This document shows, in pieces, positions 44,801-51,321 of a stretch of 64,000 bases of DNA. A model generated the notes under the pieces. That model saw only the letters and a list, made by a program, of their open reading frames with translations. It searched no databases and was not told the origin of the DNA. Both the position numbers and the translations under genes were made by a program. The stretch lies in contig JAJXUD010000013.1 of NCBI GenBank assembly GCA_021783235.1, positions 6,182 to 70,181 of the forward strand. The letters are read 5' to 3'. This stretch comes from Myxococcales bacterium (lineage in GTDB: Bacteria; Myxococcota; Myxococcia; Myxococcales; JAKAPL01). Every line of letters begins with the position of its first letter. Position 1 is the stretch's first letter.

Positions 44801-45320
44801 CGCCCGAATTCTGACGCTGCTGGTACTGCTGGTAGGCCTGATCGTAGGCCGCCATTTCGCCGTAGTAGACGAACTTGCTCTTCTCCCACCAGAGCTCGGC
44901 GAGCTGAAAGAGCAGGTCGGCCTTCTGCGGGCCATCTTGGATCTTTGGGATGATCTTCTTGATTTCGACGATCTCTTCGTCCCGCTTTTCGTCCGCCTTG
45001 GCGTCGCGCTCGGACGCCGACATCGTCGACTGGTAGCGCGCCGGACCGGTGCGAACCTTCTTCTCGACGACCGCCGACTTGGCGGAGAGGATGCTCGCCG
45101 ATTTGGGCTTCGCGGCCCCGGAAGACTCGGAGTCGTCTTCGTGGGACGACGTCCCCCGGGCGGAGGGTTTCTTCTTCTTTTTCTTCTTCTTCGCGAGCGC
45201 CCGGGGTACGGCCACCGTCTCGGCGAGCAGCGCGGCAGTGCCCCCCACGGCGAGAAGCCAAACGAACGCGAGCGCCGCGGCGCGCAGCCAGCGAAGCGGG
45301 GCGAGACGAAGCGGGCTCAT
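41895..45320 (-). CDS. gltD: large membrane-anchored TPR protein; GltD/AgmU/NfsD family
   Basis: From ORF 41895..45353(-), with the start moved to ATG 45320, 1 nt after the upstream stop; 1141 aa. It has an N-terminal TM helix (AAALAFVWLLAVGGTAALLA) followed by a K8 run. About 900 aa of TPR-like repeats follow (YPRKDEVLFNLAYNLYEVGKKKDAIARYWDLIRQYPDSKF and similar). Confidence 0.8.
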   Translation of the reverse strand: MSPLRLAPLRWLRAAALAFVWLLAVGGTAALLAETVAVPRALAKKKKKKKKPSARGTSSHEDDSESSGAAKPKSASILSAKSAVVEKKVRTGPARYQSTMSASERDAKADEKRDEEIVEIKKIIPKIQDGPQKADLLFQLAELWWEKSKFVYYGEMAAYDQAYQQYQQRQNSGAKGAREPTLSTRQSDLYRQEAINLYQKILDDYPTYPRKDEVLFNLAYNLYEVGKKKDAIARYWDLIRQYPDSKFVPDAYVQMGEHFFNSNDLERARKAYEKALACNVPQIYAFALYKLAWCDFNSGAYEDAIHKFEKVVSYQENAARKGPRGERKDKIQLKNEALGDMILSWSQLNAVDQARDYYAQHASRKKTHHLMARLGNVYFDAGKWDPAIRTYRMIISEDPTDPEDPAYQANIVKAYEGQRMRDQVRVELKKLVQVYGPKSDWAQANSRNKSALASAYDLTEGSMRELVTDYHQEAQKTKSVATYRLARDIYKEYLDNFPESENASNLRFYYAEILYALQEWDKAAEQYELVSKKDPKGYYAKSAAYDAILCYEKLVAIAQGRMQQRELSDNEKIDEKQKKGVVQKHGMITKAGKNAQEEPIPHWEQKLADASDRYVKLFPGGNDEVTVRYKAAFLYYDHFHFVEAGKRLGEVITKWPTNELAQKAADLIMDALSAKGEVAELNDLAKKFYANHQLAKAGSPFAQRVMSIIQRTQFTLAQQIFEQKDYGRAGKLFDEFVKFFPKSEFAPKALFNSMVGYENGDKLDLAVPEGEKLLRDYPKSDLASKTLEALAHDYEREADFEKAAADYEQFVKLYPKDPKSADDLFNAALWNEGLGNFGKAIALYGQYLKEFKDRKDAPEIQFNIGLIDEKQKDWKSAAKAFDVYMKTYGRELTPGKIYYAKYKQMEALRRSGDDRSAVKIGEELLKSYSRLSPAEQKDDGNLAAYAQLRFHEVDPLWSRYTAIRFDNPNKLKGQLKEKMKTLPEVEKAYTQVLAIGDGDYGIAALTRIGFAYLDFAKSLTDSPDPKGLSPDLLDQYRAELENRALPLEDKGIEAIEKALQKSSELNVYDDWVLKAEDQENKYRPGAYGDIHSLPYQGSEFFAVAPLETVSTSPTSSGEPAPAPEPPKKAAPARDEEGSGGY

Positions 45321-45321
45321 T

Positions 45322-46830
45322 CTACCGGGCCTCCTGCCGCAGTGCGCAGCCATTCTTGAGCGTGTACTCGTAGTAGCCGATCTCGTCGATCCAGAACTCG
45401 CCCTCGAACGCCCAGTAGTCCCAGGTGGGATCGGGCACTCGGGCCCGGAAGAGTCGCTGGCTCGAGAGCTTGGCGGTCGAGTCGACGCCCCGCTCGAGAA
45501 GCTCCTTCTCGGCCTTCACCGTCTCGAAGAGAATGATCTCGGCCTGGCTATCAAAGCCCTCGATCACCCTCGAGGCGTACTTGAGCCGGTCCTGGACGAA
45601 CTTGCCGGTCAGCTTGACGAGAGTCTGCGTCTGCGTATCGATGAGCTGATCGAGCTCCTGCGAGAGGCCGCTCTCCTTCCAACCAGAGGCACCCTCGACC
45701 ACCCGCTTTTCCCGCGCGAGTTCGTTCAGGTAGTCCTTGAAGCCGCGTACACGTTGATTGCCGAGCAGGTAGTTCACTACCGCGAGCGGAAGCTCGCCCT
45801 GCGGCTGCTCGATCAGGTTCCAGTAGTAGTCGTAGTCGCGATCACCCGCCAGCGCCGCCTTGATCTTCTCGTCCATCGGCAGGTAGATGCGGCGGAAGCC
45901 CTTGATGGCACCCTTCGCCTCCGGGTAGAGGCAGCCGAAGAAATAGATCGTCGCCTTGAGGATCCACGACTCTGGAGCGAAGGCACCGGCGAACTGGGGA
46001 GCGTGGAGCGCCTCGAGGCTCCCGAGCGCCTTCCCCGGGTGCCCGTCCTGAAACTCGGCCCAGCCATTCTCGAAAAGCGCCTGATCCCAGTAGTCGGAGA
46101 ACCGCGGCACCGCTTCGAAGTAGCGCACCGCGGCGTCGTACTGCCCGAGGCCGTAGTAGGTGCGGGCGAGCGCCAATCGGGTGAGCTGCTGGACGTTCTG
46201 CAGATCGTAGTACTTGCCGTTCGAGGGAAGCGCCATGACCTCCTGGAACAGCTTGAGCGCCTGCTGCGGCGCCTTTTGGACGAGGGAGAGTCCGTAGAGG
46301 TAGCGCGCGCGAGCGAAGTAGCTGCTCTTCTTCGGCACCGCCGAGAGGAACTCCTGCGCCTCGTCGATCTTGTTCGCTCGGTACGAGAGCGTACCGACGA
46401 GGTAGTTGACCTTGTTCAGGGTCTTCTCGGGCAATCGCGAGAAGTCGTTGCCGTAAGCTCGATTCAAGACCGACGGGATGATGGCCCCGTCGTGCAGCTT
46501 CTCGGCGACCCGGACGAGGCCGTCGACCGCCTTGTAGTAGTACCGGTGGCGCGCCCCCTGCTTGACGATGAGACCGAAATACTGAAACGCGCCCTGGTAC
46601 AGCTTCATCTTGTAGAACGACTGGGCGAGATAGTACTCGGCCTTCTGCCGATCCACCGCGTCGGTGCTGTTCTCGACCACTCGGTAGAAATCGGCCGCCG
46701 CCGCCTCGAAGCGGCCCGAGTTGTAATCGTTGACGCCCGGGCTCAGCTCCTCTTCCTGGGCCGAGGCGGCCGCGGCGGCGATGCAGAGCGCCGCGAGGAG
46801 GAGCGAACTGACCAACCTGCGAATCGCCAT
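45322..46830 (-). CDS. secreted TPR-like protein, GltC/NfsC position
   Basis: ORF 45322..46830(-), 502 aa. The signal peptide is LLLAALCIAAAAASA. TPR-like helices include GRFEAAAADFYRVV and GQYDAAVRYFEAV. The assignment rests on architecture plus synteny only. Confidence 0.65.
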   Translation of the reverse strand: MAIRRLVSSLLLAALCIAAAAASAQEEELSPGVNDYNSGRFEAAAADFYRVVENSTDAVDRQKAEYYLAQSFYKMKLYQGAFQYFGLIVKQGARHRYYYKAVDGLVRVAEKLHDGAIIPSVLNRAYGNDFSRLPEKTLNKVNYLVGTLSYRANKIDEAQEFLSAVPKKSSYFARARYLYGLSLVQKAPQQALKLFQEVMALPSNGKYYDLQNVQQLTRLALARTYYGLGQYDAAVRYFEAVPRFSDYWDQALFENGWAEFQDGHPGKALGSLEALHAPQFAGAFAPESWILKATIYFFGCLYPEAKGAIKGFRRIYLPMDEKIKAALAGDRDYDYYWNLIEQPQGELPLAVVNYLLGNQRVRGFKDYLNELAREKRVVEGASGWKESGLSQELDQLIDTQTQTLVKLTGKFVQDRLKYASRVIEGFDSQAEIILFETVKAEKELLERGVDSTAKLSSQRLFRARVPDPTWDYWAFEGEFWIDEIGYYEYTLKNGCALRQEAR

Positions 46831-46839
46831 GGAGAACCC

Positions 46840-47910
46840 CTAGAAGAGGACGCTGACGCCGCCGAAGAAGAGAAGGTTGTTGAGCACGTCCGAGCTGACG
46901 TCGGAGAGGAGGTCGTGCGCGATCGTCAGCTCCGTGGATGAGTAGGGACTGCTCTGGAACGCCTGGGCGTTACAGCCCGCAGACGACGCCGGCAACTGGC
47001 CGCTGGACGAAAGGGCGGTGACGTCGGAGAGCGAGCAGCCGTTGATGTGGTCGACTCGCGCCGTGTAGATGAGATCGCGGACCTCGAGCCGCAGAGCCAC
47101 CCGCTCGCCGAGCAGCACGCGGAAACCCACGCCCAGATCCCCGAGGAACCGCCAGCCGGCGTCCCCGAACTCGACCGGGGGGCTGTTCGGATCCTGGGCG
47201 CTCGGACCGGGCGTCAGCTGCACGGTGGTCTTGCCCATCCCCGCGCCCGCGTTGATGACGAAGCGGAACTGCGCGAGCGTACCGTCGTAGAAGGCAAACT
47301 TGCCATAGATCGGCGCGACCTCGAAACCGGCGAGCGCGCCGTACTGGAGGCTCAGGTCGTCGGCGGCCTGGGCGCGCGCATGCAGACCGAGAAGGTTCGA
47401 GCTGAGAGAGGTCTGCCCGGAGACGTAGTCATAGAGAGCAAGGAGCTGCAGCGCGAAGTTCTCCTGGAGCGCGTAGCTCACGCCGAGGCCGACCCCGTCT
47501 TCGTTGGTGAACTTGCCGTTGAGCTGAATGGCCGCGGGGTAGAGGGTGAGCTCTCCCCTCCCCGCCGCGGTGTAGTCCTTCCGCTCGACGGTGTGGATGA
47601 GCTCATTCGGGCTCTCCGAATCGGCTCGACCTTCCAGATACCCGGGCACCACCGTCTGGCTGGTGGCCGGCTGGGGCGCCGCGGGCGCTGCGGCGGGCGA
47701 GGATGGCTCGCTCGGCGCGGCATGAAGCGGAGCGCGATGATCCGAGGAAGACGATGACGGCGCAGCCGTCTGGCTCGGGGCCACGGGCGCCGGCTGCGAG
47801 GCGGCCGGGCCTTCGTCGTCATCCTCGTCGTCCTGGGCGCGCGCCAGCGCAGGCGCGAGCGCCACCATGAGCGCGACGAGAACCGTCCAGCGGAACCTTT
47901 CGGTGTTCAC
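46840..47910 (-). CDS. OM beta-barrel protein with Pro/Ala-rich N-terminal linker; GltA/GltB (NfsA/NfsB) family
   Basis: ORF 46840..47910(-), 356 aa. The GTG start follows AAGGAGA. It has a signal peptide (VLVALMVALAPALARA), the paralogue motif EVAPIYGKFAFY, and ends in GGVSVLF. Confidence 0.7.
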   Translation of the reverse strand: MNTERFRWTVLVALMVALAPALARAQDDEDDDEGPAASQPAPVAPSQTAAPSSSSSDHRAPLHAAPSEPSSPAAAPAAPQPATSQTVVPGYLEGRADSESPNELIHTVERKDYTAAGRGELTLYPAAIQLNGKFTNEDGVGLGVSYALQENFALQLLALYDYVSGQTSLSSNLLGLHARAQAADDLSLQYGALAGFEVAPIYGKFAFYDGTLAQFRFVINAGAGMGKTTVQLTPGPSAQDPNSPPVEFGDAGWRFLGDLGVGFRVLLGERVALRLEVRDLIYTARVDHINGCSLSDVTALSSSGQLPASSAGCNAQAFQSSPYSSTELTIAHDLLSDVSSDVLNNLLFFGGVSVLF

Positions 47911-47937
47911 TTGGCGATCTCCTTGGGCTGGTCCGGA

Positions 47938-48792
47938 CTAGAACGTCCAGCCGAGGCCGATGTCCGCGAAGAGCGAGCTCGTGAGGCCGTGGGCCACGGT
48001 GACGCTGGCCGGGAGCGACGAGCCGAACTGGCTGGCCGTGAAGCTCGTGGGGTAGGAGTCGCTCCAAAGGTAGTCGCGCAACCCCAGCGTCAGCCCGCCT
48101 TGACCCAGGAAGATGAAGCGAAGGCCGGTGGCCGCGCTGGCGAGCCAGCTGTACTGCGTCTGATAGAGCGTCTCGTAGCCCGCGGAGTTCTGCGCGCAGT
48201 CGCCGTTGCCGTTGCCGGCGCTCGCGTCGTAGCTCGTGCAGAAGGAGACCGACTGGTGCCCGAACTGCGCGACGCCGCCCGCCGCCTGCACGTACCACTT
48301 GAAGTGGATCGGCAGCTCAGTGAGGAGCGAGAGCTTGCCGTAGATCGGCTCCCAGCGGAGCCCGAGTTCGGCATTCGGGCCGTTGAGGATCCAGAGGTTC
48401 GGCAGATCGGACATGGTCTTCGGGTTCGAGGCGGCGCCCTGGAAGATGCTGTGGGTGCCGCTGCAGCCCTTCCCAGCCAGGGCGGTGGCGCCGGGGTTCT
48501 GCGCCTGGCACTGGAGATCCGTGGTGCCGCCCATCGCGTAGCCGACCATGATGTCGAGGGCCCACGCCTCGCTGAAGTGGATCGCGACGTCGATCTGCGG
48601 GTTGATCGCCTGGGTGAGCGAGTTCTGGAGCGAAAGCCCGCCGACCAGACCGACCTCGATGTCCCCGCTGTCGGTATAGAGCCGATTGCGGACGACGACC
48701 GCCTCGGGCTCGGCAGCGGAGGCGACGGCCGCTCCAAAGAGGCCGGCGGCGAGAGTGACGGCTAGAAGACTCGAGGCTGCCTTTCGAATCAC
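47938..48792 (-). CDS. OM beta-barrel protein; GltA/GltB (NfsA/NfsB) family, first gene of the operon
   Basis: ORF 47938..48792(-), 284 aa. The GTG start follows AGGAG. It has a signal peptide (LLAVTLAAGLFGAAVASA), the paralogue motif WEPIYGKLSLL, and ends in IGLGWTF. Confidence 0.7.
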   Translation of the reverse strand: MIRKAASSLLAVTLAAGLFGAAVASAAEPEAVVVRNRLYTDSGDIEVGLVGGLSLQNSLTQAINPQIDVAIHFSEAWALDIMVGYAMGGTTDLQCQAQNPGATALAGKGCSGTHSIFQGAASNPKTMSDLPNLWILNGPNAELGLRWEPIYGKLSLLTELPIHFKWYVQAAGGVAQFGHQSVSFCTSYDASAGNGNGDCAQNSAGYETLYQTQYSWLASAATGLRFIFLGQGGLTLGLRDYLWSDSYPTSFTASQFGSSLPASVTVAHGLTSSLFADIGLGWTF

Positions 48793-48897
48793 TGTCGGGC
48801 TCCTGGAGAGTTCGTGGGACCTACCGTTCTAGAAGCTCGAAATCCGGCGCTTTTATCACACGCCCCACACCGCCACAACCCAGCCGTCGCCGTGCCG

Positions 48898-49566
48898 CTA
48901 CTTCGTGGGCTTGATGGCGGGCTTGATGACCAAGAGACCGCCGTTTGCGCCCGGGATCGCGCCCTTGACGAGGAGCAGGTTCCGGTCGGCGGCGATCTCC
49001 ACCACCTCTAGGTTCTGAACGGTCACCTTCTCGTCGCCGTAGTGACCAGGCATGCGCTTGTTCTTCCAGACCTTGCCAGGGGTCTTGCGCTGTCCGACCG
49101 CGCCCATGTGGCGGAAGAACTCGTGGGTTCCGTGCGTCGAGACGTGGCCCGCCATCTGGTGCCGCTTGAAGACGCCGGCGAAGCCGCGGCCCTTGGTGGT
49201 CCCGGTCACGTCGACCTTGGAGCCCTTTTCGAACATCCCGATCGGTAGCGCGTCGCCCACGTTGAACTTGCCGAGATCCTCGGGCGCCACGCGGAACTCT
49301 CGCACCCAACGCTTCGGCGTCGCGTTCGCCTTCTTGAAGAAGCCGACTCGCGGCCGGCCAACCCGAGCCTCGCGCGTCTCGGGCCTCGTGTCCTTCGCGC
49401 CGATCTCGCCAAAACCGACCCGAAGGGCAGCGTAGCCCTCCTTTTCCGGCGTCCGCTTCTCGAGCACGAGGCAGGGCCCCGCCTCGATGACCGTCACGGG
49501 GACCGAGTTCCCCTCGTCGTTGAAGACCTGCGTCATTCCGATTTTCTTGCCGAGGATGCCCAACAT
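48898..49566 (-). CDS. rplC: 50S ribosomal protein L3, isolated from the S10 operon
   Basis: From ORF 48898..49587(-), with the start moved to ATG 49566 after GGAGG; 222 aa. Blocks are MLGILGKKIGMTQVF, VDVTGTTKGRGFAGV, GAVGQRKTPGKVWKNKRMPGHYG, VTVQNLEVVEI and RNLLLVKGAIPGA. Confidence 0.85.
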   Translation of the reverse strand: MLGILGKKIGMTQVFNDEGNSVPVTVIEAGPCLVLEKRTPEKEGYAALRVGFGEIGAKDTRPETREARVGRPRVGFFKKANATPKRWVREFRVAPEDLGKFNVGDALPIGMFEKGSKVDVTGTTKGRGFAGVFKRHQMAGHVSTHGTHEFFRHMGAVGQRKTPGKVWKNKRMPGHYGDEKVTVQNLEVVEIAADRNLLLVKGAIPGANGGLLVIKPAIKPTK

Positions 49567-49729
49567 GTCTGCCTCCGGGTGAATCACGGACTTGCGTGCA
49601 GTCGCGCAGCGGTCCGATGAATGAGGGCGCGAACCCTAGCCGAAGGTCGCTCGGAAAGCAATTGGTCGGAGGTGGGCCGATGTAGGTGTTCCGCTTGGTG
49701 ATTTCGTCCCGCGGGCGCCACTCCAGCCG

Positions 49730-50248
49730 TCAATAGTCGACCAGCGCCTCGACCTTCGCGGGGGCGAGCCGCTCCCGACCGCCCAGCGTCCGGAGTTCCA
49801 CCACGAAGCTGTAGCCCGCGAGCACGCCGCCGAGCTTCTCGACGAGCGTCCCCGCCGCCTTCGCGGTCCCGCCCGTCGCCAGAAGGTCGTCCACCACGAG
49901 AACCCGCTGTCCGGGGGAGATTGCGTCCTCGTGCAGCTCGAGAGAATCCTCGCCGTACTCGAGCGCGTAGCTCTGACGAGCAGCCTTGCGCGGAAGTTTT
50001 CCGGGCTTTCGCAACAGGCAGACGCCGGCCCCGAGCGCATACGCGAGCGGCGCTCCAAAGAGGAATCCCCGCGACTCGATGACGGCGATCTTCTCGATGC
50101 CATCCCCACGGTGCAGGGCGGCCATCCGATCGATCAGGTCGCGAAAGACCTCCGGGCGCTCCAGGGCGGGGGTGAGGTCGCGGAAGAGAATTCCCGGCTT
50201 GGGAAAATCCGGGACCTCGCGGATGTGCTTTCGCAGAAGCTCGCTCAT
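49730..50248 (-). CDS. apt: adenine phosphoribosyltransferase
   Basis: ORF 49730..50248(-), 172 aa. Blocks are VPDFPKPGILFRDLTP, ESRGFLFG and the PRPP loop VLVVDDLLATGGTA. Confidence 0.9.
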   Translation of the reverse strand: MSELLRKHIREVPDFPKPGILFRDLTPALERPEVFRDLIDRMAALHRGDGIEKIAVIESRGFLFGAPLAYALGAGVCLLRKPGKLPRKAARQSYALEYGEDSLELHEDAISPGQRVLVVDDLLATGGTAKAAGTLVEKLGGVLAGYSFVVELRTLGGRERLAPAKVEALVDY

Positions 50249-50358
50249 GAGGCCCTCCTACCACAGGTTCGCGCCTCCGGTCCTCCTTCGCGACCAGGTG
50301 GGCTGATTTCGAGACCCCCCCTCTGCTCGGAGATCGGGCAGACGGGCGGCCGGGCGAT

Positions 50359-50375
50359 TGGCATGAGCTTGGCAT
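50359..50375 (+). promoter_or_regulatory. candidate sigma54 (-24/-12) promoter
   Basis: tTGGCATGagctTGGCAt against the consensus yTGGCACGnnnnTTGCw. GG and GC have the correct 12-nt register, and 10 of 12 specified positions match. A GGAGG RBS and ATG 50406 follow about 15-30 nt downstream. Confidence 0.45.
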
Positions 50376-50405
50376 TTCCGATCGCTTCGAATGGAGGATC
50401 CAGCC

Positions 50406-50573
50406 ATGAACCCTGCTCGCTCGAAGCCTCAGACGAAGTCTCTCAAGACCACCCTCGGCGAACTCGTCGCCGCGCTCTTCGACGCCGCTCCATCGTCCCA
50501 GGCTGTCGCGAAGGCGCTGTCGTCCCCGCCGCTGCAGCGACGGCTCGGCCGAAAAATCATCGTCCTTCCGTAG
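50406..50573 (+). CDS. hypothetical small protein (55 aa)
   Basis: This is the internal ATG of ORF 50391..50573(+), preceded by GGAGG at 8 nt and by the sigma54-like promoter. The product is MNPARSKPQTKSLKTTLGELVAALFDAAPSSQAVAKALSSPPLQRRLGRKIIVLP. GC3 is only about 78% against over 90% in neighbouring genes, so coding status is uncertain. Confidence 0.3.
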   Translation: MNPARSKPQTKSLKTTLGELVAALFDAAPSSQAVAKALSSPPLQRRLGRKIIVLP

Positions 50574-50976
50574 TCGTCCCAAGCCCTGGCGTGGCCAGCC
50601 GGCCGAGAACCAGGAGCGCGCCGCGCTCGAAGCGGAAGCCATCGATCGAGAGGCCGTGCTCACGACACGCGGCCAAGAGCGCTCGCCCCGTCGGCTGCAG
50701 ATCGAGTACGTCCACGAGCCGCTCCAGCTTCCCCAACCGCTCTCGCAGCTCCACTCGCACGGCGTCCCCCCTTCGCCAAAGCTGCGACCGGGGGGCTCCC
50801 CAGCGCCAGTGGGGAAAAGATCGACCCACTCCTGGAACTTCGGGCCCCAGGGAGACGACCATTCGCGCTCCCCGGGGACGAGCGCCCCGCGAATCGCCCC
50901 GACGAGCGCTCTGGCCGACGCTGGCACCGTCCTTGAATGCATCCCAGCGGGCGACGAAGTGCCCTGGAGGTGAGCC

Positions 50977-51228
50977 ATGGCGCCGAGAAGCGCGCGTGAT
51001 CTGGACGAGTACGACAAGCTCGAAGAGTACGAGCGGCTGCCCGATCTCTTCGATCCAAAGACCGAGGAGGCGGAGTTCGAGCCGGGCGACGCCGAGGAGG
51101 ACGATCTCCCGAAGCGTCGAGGGGCGGCCGAGGACGACGAATCGAGGCCCGAAGGGGAAGAAGAAGAGGAAGACGACGAGGATGACAACGAGGACGAAGA
51201 GGAGAGCGAATCAGACGAGGACGAATGA
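50977..51228 (+). CDS. hypothetical highly acidic small protein (83 aa)
   Basis: ORF 50977..51228(+), preceded by GGAGGTGA. It begins MAPRSARDLDEYDKLEEYERLPDLFDP and ends EGEEEEEDDEDDNEDEEESESDEDE. About half the residues are Asp or Glu. Confidence 0.45.
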   Translation: MAPRSARDLDEYDKLEEYERLPDLFDPKTEEAEFEPGDAEEDDLPKRRGAAEDDESRPEGEEEEEDDEDDNEDEEESESDEDE

Positions 51229-51321
51229 CGCCTACCTCGTCGGCAACGGGTGCTCGTCTACGACCAACGAGCGCCCCGGACACAACCGGCGCTCGGGCTG
51301 CGGCGGGCAGCTTCCGAATGA

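Noticed and set aside
49588-49729. tRNA-like T-arm (AGGG-TTCGCG-CCCT on the minus strand, around 49624-49637) in the apt-rplC spacer.
   Set aside because: The loop is 6 nt rather than 7. No complementary acceptor stem, D-arm or anticodon arm can be drawn within 70-90 nt. The spacer is more likely just the structured rplC 5' region or promoter.
50557-50973. ORFs 50656..50973(+) 105 aa and 50557..50862(-) 101 aa as annotated genes.
   Set aside because: They are mutually exclusive. Both have intermediate GC3 (~75-80%). The plus product is Pro/Ser/Arg-rich and looks off-frame. The first third of the minus product has poor codon bias. I kept them only as alternatives inside the finding on this region.
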